A stretch of 50,465 bases of DNA from Catajapyx aquilonaris. Its lineage: Eukaryota. Within the stretch, counting starts at the first letter, position 1. Every line of letters begins with the position of its first letter. Positions 36,736-49,457 of the stretch are shown one piece after another. The notes beneath the pieces are model-generated. The model had not been told where the DNA came from, searched no databases, and was given only the letters and a program-made list of their open reading frames with translations. The position numbers and the translations under genes are program-made. The stretch lies in contig KZ538818.1 of the NCBI GenBank assembly GCA_000934665.2, forward strand, positions 1 to 50,465, in the 5' to 3' direction.

Positions 36736-37467
36736 ATCGTCATAAAGTATTATGTCATTTCACAATATTTTTATTACTAAAATAATCTGATTTTTTTGTA
36801 GTACATCCCCACACGCCGGGCGCCAATTTCGACCTCTACCGTCCGCAAAATGTTGGCCGTTTACACGGCCATCTTTAATACCTTGTGTACAGTGCACTTT
36901 CAGCGGCATTTAGCCGCTATTTCTATTTTTACTGCTAATGTTACGGGTAATAGCATCGCATTACCATAAAATAATTACGGGGAGTTATTCATCATAACTG
37001 CAAATAATCCCTGTAATGCCATCAAATTTTTTTGGGTGCTATTCCTCTCGTTGTCGACACTAGATTCCCCCTGGTTTTTGGAGCAACATATTCATGGCTA
37101 ATTAATTACGCTTTTTTTCGACAGCGTCGGTTTTACCGGCATATTTTGGGAGGCTTTATTTCAGCTTACTATTTTACAAGGGGGGGGGGGGGTTTCCAAC
37201 AACTAGGGGGGAAAAAACCATAGACTGTAGTTTGCTACCCTCTTTTCTAGCCTCTCTCTAAGCTTGAGATCAAAGCCGTGACTGATCCCTATCTGCTAAT
37301 GGCTATCGATCGCAGTTCAGATGATGCGAGCCAAGCAACTGACAAGCCTTCTTCAGCGAAAATGGATTCTCTCTAGTTGCTATCTTGTCACGTTTCAACC
37401 GCAACGTTGTAATTAACGCAACACGAACAACGTCCTTACTTATTTTCCTTTGAAGAAACGCTACAAA

Positions 37468-38175
37468 AGTAACTGCTATTTAGCAAAAGAAATTACCGTA
37501 CACAATTAGGCTATTTGTGTTACGTAACTCATTGAAATATGGATGGTTCAAGAGGAGAGCTAAAGTTCGCAGATACGGGGGATATTTTTTAAGAAAACGA
37601 TACAAAAAGAACTGCTATTTAGCACGATTTGCTTGAATTAAACAATTTTTTCAGTCAAATACCGTAACTCATATGATCATAGTTATTCGGACTCCTACAA
37701 TCGGATCAATAATAGCGGTTATTTTATGAGAAACGATACGAAATAACTGCTATTTAGCATAATTTGCTTGCATTAAACAATTTTTCTGTGAAGTAACTAC
37801 TTATATAATCATGGTTATTCGGACTATTAAAAATCGTATCAATAATAGCGGTTATTTATGAGAAACTATACGAAATAACTGCTAAATTTAGCAAACAGAA
37901 TTCATGTCGATTCATGTACAGTCTATTCGACTATTTGTGCTAACTCATTGGAATATGGTTGGGTATGCCGAACAGCTAAAAATCGCATCAAAAATAGCTG
38001 CTATTTTAATTAAAAACAATACAAAATTATACATTTATCACAATTTGCTTGCATTAAACAAATTTTTGTCAAGTAGCTCATATTATGATCACCGTTATTT
38101 TGGACTGTTAAAATTGTATCAAAAATATCGGTTATATTTGATGAAAATTATACGAAATAACTGCTATTTAGGACA
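37468..38175. repeat. Degenerate ~120-150-bp repeat anchored on AACTGCTATTTAGCA
   Basis: About five diverged copies, with AATTTGCTTGCATTAAACAA and AATAATAGCGGTTATTT blocks. Confidence 0.8.
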
Positions 38176-39064
38176 ATCTTCGTGCACTAACTGATAATGT
38201 ATATTTGTCCGTCAGCCTCTTTCGTACTACCATATTCCTTACGTAGATGACGCATCTTATGACAACATCCTACTACTGTAAGGTGATGACTCGCCCCGGA
38301 CCAACACATACTCGATTAGTAGTATGATTACACAATTTTCTCAACCCGTTAGCAGCTATTTGGGACAGTTAAAAATCGCGTCAAATTTTTCGACGATCTA
38401 ACACGAATTATAGACTCTCGCTATTTTTTTCTCCCACCATAGACACTGTCGCGTAGACTTGGGCGATAGCAAACACGACCCGGGGGCCTATGGCTGAATA
38501 CTAGGGGGTGGTAATTGCCTTCATGTTATTACGTGCAAAGCACTTCCATGTAGCGTTACAGCGCAAATTGAAAACTTAATTTGTGCAAATGCAAAACGTA
38601 ATTGGTTATCCATGTAATTGAAGGATTTTATCGATTTGAAAAGGGGGNNNNNNNNNNNNNNNNGTATTGATTTGGGTGAGGTGGGGGTGGGGAGGACGAG
38701 CTGTGACCATGGGAGACTATAGGGGATTTGCTATTTTTTATAGCCGGGACTATTCTTGGGACATGGTTGGAAGGAAAAGGTCTATTACCTGCATGAGTTA
38801 TTAATACTCAGCTCGGTGCACGGACTTACTTTCAGTTTTATCTCACTACTTTATAGTTTATTTACTATTAGTGAGTTCATGTGCATTGAATTGTATTTGT
38901 GGTTACTTTTATTTAAGACCGGTTCTATGAATACAAAATAAGGAGAAAATATCCGATTATTGTAAATATCTGTACAAAATCGAAGATTTTCCGTAGTAAA
39001 AAAATTCCGGCCATGCGATATACTGTATTACTTTATCTTTAATTTTGTACTTCACTTTGTTTAA

Positions 39065-39479
39065 TGGGACACTCCACTCAAAAACCAGGTTTGGCTCTAA
39101 AAATCGGGCAAATAATCCCGAATCCGAAGGTGCAATCCGTTTTTCGCTACGTGGAACGGTAATCCCAGGGCGAGGGGTCAAAGTGGGGAAATTCGAATAG
39201 TGCGCTATAGAAGCTGGCCGTCCGCCAGCGACGCCCTCGGGACCTTGGGAACTGGAGGGCTGCTCCCGCCTGCCCGAGCGCTTAGGCCCATCCCAGAGCG
39301 GTGCAGCCCTCCAGTTCCCCTGTTCCCCGCGTGGCGGCGTCGCTCATTAGCAGACGACATAATTTGACCCCTCGCCCTGGGATTACCGTTCCGCGCAGAG
39401 AAAAACGGATTGCACCTTCGGATTCAGTACTTTTTGCCCGATTTTTAGAGCCAAACTTGTTTTTGAATGGAGTGTCCCT
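39065..39479. mobile_element. TTAA-target foldback MITE, Kolobok/T2-like
   Basis: TTAA|TGGGACACTCCA...TGGAGTGTCCCT|TTAA; ~118-bp TIRs (ORFs on both strands share TPRPGITVPR); nested inner inverted repeat GGGAACTGGAGGGCTGC / GCAGCCCTCCAGTTCCC. AGGG-type rather than CCC termini favour Kolobok over piggyBac. Confidence 0.88.
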
Positions 39480-40463
39480 TTAAGTGAACAAATATATGGA
39501 AACTGTAAATACATATAAAAGCTATATGTATAATAAAGTGTAAACTAACGTAGAAATTTAAAATAACGCATTAAAATAAATTAACATCAACAAATTTATT
39601 TTTAATTTCGTTTTATTAGAGCCTATATTATAGGCTATTCCAGTTTATTTTGCTGCACTTCATTTTTTGTATACTTATATTTTGCTATAGTGAAGTATTT
39701 ATTCACTTAATTTTTATTGGGCTGTTTTATTTACATATAATAAGCATTTTTATCAGCTAGTACCATAATATTTGCTCCTAAATTTTGGTTTATTTACTTC
39801 ATTTGTAGGTATCGTATTACATTCCCTTTTTATTAATCAGAAGAATCACTTTCATAGCAGTTCGTTTCAAACATTTTCCACACCATAGTACAGTGCTCTA
39901 TTTAAAAAAAACTACAGTAGATTGCTTCTAAAAGTACCTTTCAACAGCTGTAATACCTCCCTGCGCTAGTAGACAGGACATATAGGCCTATCTAGAGAAA
40001 AATAGCAATTAGAGTAATGTGCGTTGCATGATATTTTCCGTTTGCAGAGATTTTTGGAGCAGCCTAACAAAAACGTTGTAAATTTGCAATATTTTTTCTC
40101 TGGTGAAATGAAAGCACACCCAGAACAGGTACTGCACACATCGAATGTGCACCGCAGAGTAATTCACGCTACATTTATTAGCCATAGGCTAGGGGTATAT
40201 ATGCGGTATTATTGTGCAAAAATTTGTTAAAAAATAAGCTCTGGCATGTAATCAGGTACAAATGCATGACTCGTTTGATTATGTTCAAACTCGGTGCAAA
40301 AATATTATGCGATAAAATTTCAAAATCCGCAATGGAGCTTGCTTTGCCAATCAGATCTGGGGTCAATCGGGGTCACGTAAGCTGAACACTGTTGGAAGCA
40401 GCATCAATTTACAATTTACAAAATAAGCTATGTCTGCCAGTAATATGTTACATCCCCGACAAA

Positions 40464-41128
40464 ACTACGTCTACGACTAACGCTACGTCTACGAGCAGTG
40501 AGCTATGTCTACGACATATGCGCCACAACAACAAGAAATATTCAGTATCTACGACTACACTTTACGTCTATGAGAAATACTCTACTTCTACGACAATAAT
40601 CTACATCAACGGCAGTCTATAAATAATACGCTACGTCCACGACAAAGCTACATCTATGACAATCTATAGATAATACGCTACGTCTACGAGAGTAAGCTAC
40701 ATCAATGGCAGTCTATAAATAATAAACTACATCTACGAGTCTATAAATAATACGCTACGGCTGCGACAATATGCTACATCTACGACAGCCTGTAATATGC
40801 TAAGTCTACGCTGAAGCTACATCTACGACATTCTATAGATAATACGCTACGCCTCCGACAGTGAGCTACATCAACAGAAGTCTGTAAATAATACGCTACG
40901 TCTACGACAGTAAGCTACGTCTATAACAGTCTATAAATAACATGCGACGTCTACGACAGTCTATTGATAATACTGCTGGTTTTTGAGTTACGGTCTTCTT
41001 ATATCTGGCCGCAGAATATGCTACGTATACGATAATAATTTACATCTACGACAGTCTATTGATAGTACGCTACGTCTACGGCAACGCTATATCTACGACA
41101 ATCTATAAGTAATACTCTACGTCCACGA
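40464..41128. repeat. Degenerate (G)CTACGTCTACGAC / CTACATCTACGAC repeat
   Basis: More than 20 cores with recurring AGTCTATAAATAATACG linkers. Confidence 0.85.
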
Positions 41129-41824
41129 GCAACTAGCATCTCCCATAACCCCCCTATCTTCTTTTTTAACCCAATAACAACCATCGACATATCGAACCTT
41201 CCAATAACGAGCCCTCCGATTGGCCCGCGAAATGAACTTCCGGTTCGCTCTGTCTCCTCCAATTCAGCCTGTGCATAACGCGTGCAAATGTACGTACGGA
41301 AGCTCATTGCACATGCACTCGCCTGAAAAATTCGCGCACTCTCATTTTGAGCTTTGCAAAAAATATATATATATTCTGCGAGCGGAGCTTGATTGATGAT
41401 TCGATTTTGAGTAGGTGGAGCCACTGGATCATATATTGGAGTCAACGAATGAGGGTAAGGCAGTGGGGATTAGGTCTGGTGCTGGCAAGTGCCCGGTTTC
41501 TCATCCAAATTGCTCTCAAATAATTGCCATCCTTACCCCCCAAATGGACCTAGGCAAAATGGCGAAAAAATTCAGTGGGTGCGGTATACTGGGGGTGGCC
41601 ATGATTGAGTAGGGGGATTGAGTAAACAGTAGGCAGATCATGTGGGAAGGACCCAATGAGCTATGGTGGCAGCGGATGCATCAACAATGTGAGCCCAAAG
41701 GCTCCAGGGAAATATTGGGATGTTTCGTCTACGAAGTTTGAGCTACGCTTACGAGCAATAAGCTGTCTACGAGCAATTAGTTACGCCTGGGATCAATGTG
41801 ATATTCTTACGAGCAGTTAGCTAC

Positions 41825-42155
41825 GTGTACGAGTAACAATCCAGGTGTACGAGTAACAATCGAGGTGTACGAGTAACAATCCAGGTGTGCGAGTAACAAT
41901 CCAGGTGTACGAGTAACAATCCAGGTGTACGAGTAACAATCCAGATGTACGAGTAACAATCCAGGTGTACGAGTAACAATCCCTGTGTACGAGTAACAAT
42001 CCAGGTGTACGAGTAACAATCCAGGTGTACGCGTAACAATCCAGGTGTACGAGTAACAATCCAGGTGTACGAGTAACAATCCAGGTGTACGCGTAACAAT
42101 CCAGGTGTACGAGTAACAATCCAGGTGTGCGAGTAACAAGCTACGTGTACGAGTA
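41825..42155. repeat. 20-bp minisatellite, unit GTGTACGAGTAACAATCCAG, ~16 copies
   Basis: Near-perfect array with diverged CTACGAG flanks from ~41725 to ~42215; explains three overlapping repetitive ORFs. Confidence 0.95.
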
Positions 42156-43403
42156 ATAAACTACAGCAACCAACAATGATCTACCTCTACGAGCAATGTT
42201 CTACGCTTACGAGTTAAGCTTAAAGACTCTTCGAAGTAATTAAATGACAATTCTGTGCCGATATTTGCAAAACGCAATTTTTTGCGACAATTTCGCAACA
42301 ATTATTGACTCCCGAAATTTTTCTCCACAACACATCGTAAGAATGCTTCCATCAGTATTTTTCTCTACCTTATATTTTTAGCAGGGTCTGTTTATACTTG
42401 TGACTCTTGCGAGTTTCTTATGCTCAAATATTTTTAGGGTGCCATAAACTGAGTCACACACTAGTCGTACAAGAGATATTACTTCCTGCACCCCCTTTTT
42501 TTTTTGCATCGCACCTATACAGGGTAACATCGGCAGTGATTGCGAGAACTTATATCGCTCCCTATTTTTGAATTCGAGTGTTCAATAATACTACAGGCCT
42601 AGGCATGTTGTAAATATGGAGCGAGGCAGTTACGACCGTAGTTATGACGTGTGGCAAGTGTCGCGAGATGTCATCTTTACAAGCGCGTCGCCCCATGAAA
42701 CAAACATGTTATAAATGGCGCAGGCAGTGGGAGTTGACATTCCCAGAGATTTTGGAGGAGGAAAGAGATCTATTTGATACTGTACATCATAATCTAATAG
42801 TTAGCCTACTGTATAATCTAACACTTACATTATATTTTATAGCCGTTATTTTAGTAAGTTAGTTATTTAATAGTGAAATGTTTCAGTTATATTATCTTCA
42901 TACTTAACTATTATTTTAATAGTGAAATATTTCAGTTATATTATCTTCAGACTTAACTATTATTTTAATAGCGACATATTTAATAGTCATATGATCGTAT
43001 AATAACTATTTTATAGCTATATTATATTCAAATTTGATATATTTTGATAGCTACATTGTAATTTAATAGCTACATTATGTTTCTGCAACTGTTAATTTAA
43101 TAGTTTCATTTAGGTCGATATATTATTTTCAGAGTTAAATGTTAATTAAATAGTGAAATAAAGTTGGTGTATTATCGTAAGTTGCGATTTATTTTTATAT
43201 GATAATCTAATGGCTACATTATAATCTAATAACTATTGCATTTGATATAGCGGTTATTTTAAGAGTTACATGATTTGAATGGTTATATTATTTTAATAGT
43301 GAAATAACTAAGTTATATTCTGAGAGTTATACTTAATAGTTATATTATATTTCAATTGCTATATTTTAAGAGCTACAAATACTAATATGATATAGACATT
43401 GTA

Positions 43404-43612
43404 GAGGGTGTTCCAAATTCGTGTGTCGTTTTTATAATAACTGATATTGCCTGATAACAGTTATTATTTTGTAGCTTGTTGTGATACTCTCTAGGGGGTC
43501 TGATTTATAAGCTGCTATAGAATGGGGCACCTGATTAAGGGCACAACAAGGTACAAAAAATAACGATATGAGTTATTAAAAAAAAAATGACCCACGAATT
43601 TGGAACACCCTG
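43404..43612. mobile_element. Tc1/mariner-type MITE, family C, copy 1 (eroded)
   Basis: TA|GAGGGTGTTCCAAATTCGTG...CACGAATTTGGAACACCCTG|TT; interior matches 46671-46903 in reverse orientation. Confidence 0.85.
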
Positions 43613-43635
43613 TTTTCAATAGTTATATCTCATGC

Positions 43636-43735
43636 GCTATAAATATTTAATAGTTACGATATATTTTAATATGTATTTGTAACAGCTATAAATATTTAAT
43701 AGTTACGATATATTTTAATATGTATTTTTAACAGA
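43636..43735. repeat. 49-bp tandem duplication
   Basis: GCTATAAATATTTAATAGTTACGATATATTTTAATATGTATTT at 43636 and 43685. Confidence 0.88.
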
Positions 43736-45242
43736 TATAACATTAAATTTGGTGTATTTGATGCTATATTGTGACTTCCACATCCTGTTGTTGCTCTCTG
43801 AACGTGTCGCTGTTGAGATGCACAGCCCACAGGTGTAACCTGAGCGGACTTTTGCCCTCCCAAGCTATAGCCTCGACATCACCCAAACTCTTTCAACACA
43901 GAGCATGGCAGAACATCTACCCTGGCAGGTTCCAGCCATTTCTGGGCAAGCACCGTGCGGCTCATTAATGGCCTGGACTTGGCCAACTCCTCGTGTACAT
44001 TTCGGATGAAAAGCTGCCCCCCCCCTCTCCCACCCCTCCTCTCTCGACAAAGGCTGCCCCCCTCATGCCCCCTACCCCCCTCCAACTGAACTCTTTTAAC
44101 TCGGGTGATATTTCATCGTGAGGGTTTGAAACTGCTGAACTAGGCAGTTTCAGGCCTGGAAATTGCTAGTTGACTTGGCCCCAGCTGCTCGCCAATTTTG
44201 GGGGATCTCCATACAAAATGGCGGATCCGAAATATTTAGTTTTTTTGGAATATTGAAAATTTTTAGTTCCTTTTTTGGTAAAATTGGTGCAGGTATATAA
44301 ATGGATCAGAGTCTTTTAATCTAGCATTAGCCAAACTCCTGATGTATCCTGTCGAATTATAACCGCGATTAAATCAGGAGTGCACGCTACCGGACATGTA
44401 TTTTTTTTTAAAAAAAAGGTGCTGGATGTTTTATTTTTGGGAGTAAATATTACGTTTGGAAAGGAGTCAGTATATTCAAATATAACTCTTGGCGGCTTAT
44501 GATATGTATTTTTAAATTTGGAAATAATTGGGCGCGATAGTATCGATTCCAGCCCTTTAATCGCCGGTTATGCCTGACGAATTTTTTCCGCCATTTTAAA
44601 AACCGTCGCATGCCAATTTTTTTTTTTGGCTAAATCCGAATATTACTTGAGGAACAGGAAGGAAAAAGGGAGGGAAAGAAAATGGTTTGAAAGCTATTGG
44701 GAAGCTTGCTACCTGACTTGTCCACGCACGAAAAGCGCTGCTTTTTTCGATTGGAGACTTATAACCGAGCGTGTGAATCGGAATTTGGTCCAGGTTTTCA
44801 CTCAAAAAAAGGAGAAAAAATCAGGGTTCCGGTTTTATAAGAGGGAAAAAATTGAATAGAAGTTTTTGTGGAGAGTTTTTTGAAAAGTGTTGGGTAGTCT
44901 ATAAGTGCGATAGAAGAAAAAAATGGTACGGCCAGGCGTTTATTGTTGGAGACTAGCACTATTATTTAGGCCTACTTCTTTTTTTTCATTTACCCCGCGA
45001 TACAACCTCTTGGTCGTTACAGGGGGGTGGTCTACCACCATTCAGTCACTATTATTACTTCACTGATATGAAAAAAATATATAAATATTTTACAACTGCA
45101 AACTGCTAAGCTGCTGCTAAATGTAAATACTCTCTGGTGGACAAAATTTTCGAAACAAAGATAATAATGGAAGAAGGTGCAGTAGCTATTTTTTTTTACG
45201 TAAAAAAAAATCTCAAATTTGAGTAAATTTCCAAATTTCCAA

Positions 45243-45425
45243 ATTAAATTTACCATTTGACATTTAACATAAAATTTAATATTTGACATCCTACCATTAA
45301 ATTTCACATTTCACATTTCATATTAAATTTCACATTTCACATTTAAGATTAAATTTAACATTTCACATTTAACATTAAATTTAACATTTCACATTTAACA
45401 TTAAATTTAACATTTCACATATTAA
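45243..45425. repeat. ~26-bp repeat, ATTAAATTTAACATTTCACATTTAAC
   Basis: Clean copies at ~45348-45420, degenerate upstream. Confidence 0.85.
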
Positions 45426-45675
45426 TTAAAAATTTAATTAAAGTCAATAAGTCTCAAAATTGAAAATGATATTGAAATTAAAAATAGAAAAATCTGAAAA
45501 ATTAATTCATACGTCAATATTTTTTGAATTTATAATCTGTAGTAAATAAATTGTTGGAAAACTTATATAATAATTTATTTGACTGTATGGAATGTTTATT
45601 CACTTTATAGCAAAAGTGATAATTTTTATGAGGTTCTCAACTAATTTTAAATTTTAAAATTTAAAATTTCTCAAA

Positions 45676-45732
45676 GAGTGATTGACATGTTTTATCCATG
45701 CTCGTGTGGGTTTTCTCCGGGTTTACCTCCCA
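45676..45732 (+). mobile_element. Possible relic V-domain SINE fragment
   Basis: CATGTTTTATCCATGCTCGTGTGGGTTTTCTCCGGGTTTACCTCCCA aligns by eye with the central domain of the 7631-7894 SINE; no head, tail or TSD. Confidence 0.45.
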
Positions 45733-46670
45733 AATGGCCTAAGTTCCCTCCGCTTCTTCCCATTAACCCAACTAGATCTCTCAACCTGACATCTTCCGTT
45801 GTGATCCCTTTAAAAAAAAATCCGGCTCACCCTGTACAATCGGATATAAAATATCGCCCCGGTCATAAGTCTCCCCAAAAATAAAATATTGGGCTTATCC
45901 GGAGTGTCGTCCCTCAACTCTTCCACCAAAAAAGTTTCGGACCCCCCCCCCCCCCCTCCTCCGGATCTCTTGAAGGTCCCAGCCTTAAAANCCCCCCCCC
46001 CCCCCCCCTCCTCCTCCGGATCTCTTGAAGGTCCCAGCCTTAAAACCATATGACAAGAGGACTTGCTGGCTTCTGATCCTAGCTTTGTCACTTGTCACTT
46101 CCTTCCCTCTAACTACTCTAATCCCCAAAAGCCATATGAACGTCACCTGCTTCCTCCGGGGGACGCCTTCCGGACACGGATTTTTTTGTGTGTCCCGGAT
46201 AAAAAAGAAGAAGAAGCTAAGCTGTCCGGCTTGGTGATTTTCAACGTCTGAAGAAAAAGTTTTTTTTTTGGGGGGGGGGGGGNNNNNNNNNGGGGGGGGG
46301 GAGGGGGGGGGGTTGAACCTGAGAAAGTAGGCCAAAAGTCGTAACAAGATGCAGATATTTTTGATTGTTTGTATAAACTGCAATGGGCATGGACTGGAAC
46401 ATTCCGGACCGATGCGGACAATATCGGATATACGTAGATGGTCAAACAAGTCCGGATTGGAGGCACAAAATAGTTGTGAGAAAATAGCTGTTCCCACTAG
46501 CAGCGATTTATGAGCTCCAAGAATAGCTGTTTATAAATGGCGGTATTCCACCCCCCTAAGGGAGCCAATAGGTTCCAGCATGGGGTATCATATACAAAAT
46601 AAAACAGCTCCTTAGAAGTTGATTAGTAATATGACAATAATGATAAAAATATTTATTGTGACAATATATA

Positions 46671-46903
46671 CAGGCGTGTTCCAGATTCGTGCGTCACTTT
46701 TTGATTGCTATATCGCCCGATAGCAGTTATTTCTTGTAGCTTGGTGTGCCCCTAACCATGTGCTCCATTCTATAGCACCTTCTATACGGATCGAATATAT
46801 AGCAGTCGTTACAGAATGGGTCACATGGCACAAACTGCAGAAAATAACAGCTATTTGGCGATATCAGTTATCAAAAAGTGACCCACGAATCTGGAACACC
46901 CTG
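46671..46903. mobile_element. Tc1/mariner-type MITE, family C, copy 2
   Basis: TA|CAGGCGTGTTCCAGATTCGTGCGTCACTTTTTGAT...ATCAAAAAGTGACCCACGAATCTGGAACACCCTG|TA. Confidence 0.9.
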
Positions 46904-47237
46904 TATATCCTACTGTATAGGCTACTATGATAGCAATAGTGCCTTATAATAAATAAATTTTAAATAACCGATTTATTTATTTGCTTATTTTTATCTATTC
47001 TATTATACTTATTATTTTCATGCAAGTTATAATATAGGCATACCTGTGTTTATTTTAATATAGAATATTTTATACATTAATTTCATGCGATTTACATATT
47101 ATACTATAGAGATCACCATGGAAACTGGTTGCCATGTACAAATCTGTACAAATACGCAAACTTTGCCTTTATAATATATAGATGTATTATTTGAATAAAT
47201 ATATCGGATATATTATTTATGCAAATGGTTTTTATAT

Positions 47238-47375
47238 TATATTATATACTATTAAATTTTATATTCACATATTATATACTATTAAATTTTATATTCACAT
47301 ATTATATACTATTAAATTTTATATTCACATATTATATACTATTAAATTTTATATTCACATATTATATACTATTAT
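47238..47375. repeat. 30-bp minisatellite, unit ATTATATACTATTAAATTTTATATTCACAT, ~4.5 copies
   Basis: Exact copies at 47241, 47271, 47301, 47331. Confidence 0.93.
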
Positions 47376-48210
47376 ATTTCATGTGCATATAATATAATAT
47401 TATATATGTGTATTTATGTCCATATCGTAATATATTATTTATTTAAATGATTATATTTGAGGATTATAGTAACAAATTTATAAAATTAAAATGTAGCCTA
47501 CAATATAAACTAGGCGTGTGAAAGAGTGCCAGATCTTTTATTAATATGGAGAACTCTTGTGATCCCCATTCACTGGGCCATTATGGGCCTGCCAGTATGG
47601 CGGAATTTTCACCTCAGACTAACTTGCGAAGCACCGGAATCTCTTCCGACTTTTTTTTTTTTTCATCCTCAGCCCGTAATTGGCCAAGATTGATGACGCT
47701 AAAAAGGTTTTCGCCAAGTCTAGAAAAGAGGGGGAGGGGGAGAAATTTAACACTACACCTTTTTTTTCAAAGAGGTGGAAATGAGTCGTAATGGCAAGTA
47801 TTAGACTCTTGAAATGTCACCGATTATGCGACGAAAGAGCGACTTTCGACTTGGCCTACTACAGAAGCGAAACGTGAAGTGTTTGTAACTAATATTTCAA
47901 GTAAAAATAGCGATCTAAAAGCTATATGCTATTTTAGCGAATGTTCATGAAGTAGCCGTTATTTTAAAATATCTTTAGCTTAGAAGTCGTTTTATTAGAA
48001 CTAATAAAGCGACAGCCACATGTTCTTGGATGGTCGCTGTTAATGAAAATCACTGCTACAAAGAACTGCTATTTCACAGTAGCAGCGACCAACTTGCTGT
48101 TACACAACCGGTGAAAATAAATAGCACTGAATATCCTCCCTCCCAGGAAGCCAATATGGCCAATAGAATCGCCGTCGGCCTGAATGTAGCAGCTTATTTA
48201 ACGGCTATAA

Positions 48211-48420
48211 TAATAATTCATACCCCGTTATCAGCCAGCGGCTCTTTAGGGTTGTTTTTTTTTGACTGGAACTCTTCGTCTCGTTTTCACTGCGCTTTTT
48301 GGGATAGGATAGGAAGGAGGCGGCTGTGGCCTATTAGTTTAGGAAACAACTCCGGAATTCTCCTGGAGGAACCGTGGGAAACCACAGAAAACCACGGTTA
48401 GAGTTGCCGGCACCGGGATT
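48211..48420 (-). mobile_element. SINE family 2, 5'-truncated copy
   Basis: Nearly identical to 20409-20634; truncated inside the B box; 14-bp TSD TTTAACGGCTATAA at 48197-48210 and 48421-48434. Confidence 0.93.
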
Positions 48421-49457
48421 TTTAACGGCTATAAATAACCTTTCTTTCCAGTCGCAGTAGCGGTTAATGCATATTACCCTTACACATCAACCATGTTATC
48501 CTTGACCAGACAAGAAGCTGTTATTGCGAAAAGCAGCTAAAGTAGCAGTCACTCGCTATAACGCTTTTTATAACTATATGGCTATTTGTAAGTAGCAGCG
48601 ACCAATATTGCTATAACGCGATTTTTGACCAGACCAGTCGCTGTTATTGCGACATACCGACTGCTACTAAGCTATTCGCTATTATGCTATTTTCTTAGCA
48701 AAATTGCGCGATGTATTTGCGCAAAAAATGCGATTGTTGAATTTGATCAGTTCTTAAGTCCTGCCGATTTTGGCAAAAGCGACTAATCCAAACCCCATGC
48801 CGAAAGGGGGGGGGGGGAGTTTGTTGCAATTAGTATGCAAGCAGCCATCTTTCATTAACATGGTAATCCCAAAGCAAGATTAGTATTGCCAGGGCCCCAG
48901 CATAACAGACGCTAAGGGAACGGAAGCTGGCACACGGATCAATAATCTCTCTCCACTTGCTTTTATAGTCGCTGCTCTAGTCTCTAGCCCACCCCCATTC
49001 TATAGCCTACCCCCCCTTCTCTAAATTGTATGAAGCTGGATTTCCACAACTTTTTACTACCGTTTGGAAAATTNGGGGACTGGATCCGGATCAGGACTTA
49101 CGGAGGGGATCATCCGGAGCGATGCTGACCCGGATTTTGGGCTGGTTCTTATTACACTAATTATGTGTGCTGTGAGGTGGAAATTGGTGTGGAAACCATT
49201 GCCTTAGTTGCCAGAGCCCTGGCCAATTAATACAATAATTCATCTAAATCCGATATGTAAATAGAGATTTTAATCAATCTACGATGTAATGAATCAGTTT
49301 TTCCAATTGTTAGTACGGTATAATTGTATGTAAATTATTTCGCAATTAAATTTGGTATATATTGTGAGGGTTGACCTCCTCAGGTCATCCCTCTGACCCC
49401 GGATGGTCACTCAGAGTCTTGGTCCAATTATACTTGTACAGAGCGACCGCTTACTAA

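Noticed and set aside
14850..42139. Repetitive ORFs (poly-Thr/Val, SSGLSGL, LTRIIPYE, HLDCYSYTW)
   Set aside because: Translations of micro- and minisatellites, open in several frames at once.
41825..42155. CRISPR-like regular repeats (also 30033-30256 and 32218-32414)
   Set aside because: Head-to-tail units with no unique spacers, no cas genes and a eukaryotic context.
44335..44381. Hairpin ACTCCTGAT/ATCAGGAGT containing ATGTATCCTG, reminiscent of miR-iab-4
   Set aside because: The seed region does not match and the stem is too short.
42518..45836. Orphan TIR-like ends TACAGGGT (~42518) and CACCCTGTA (~45828)
   Set aside because: No inward complementarity between them, so no element can be delimited.
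45942..46045. Duplication CCTCCGGATCTCTTGAAGGTCCCAGCCTTAAAA (likewise AGAGAAGCCATG at ~10773-10802)
   Set aside because: Copies are joined by a single N beside a homopolymer; probably a contig-overlap artefact.
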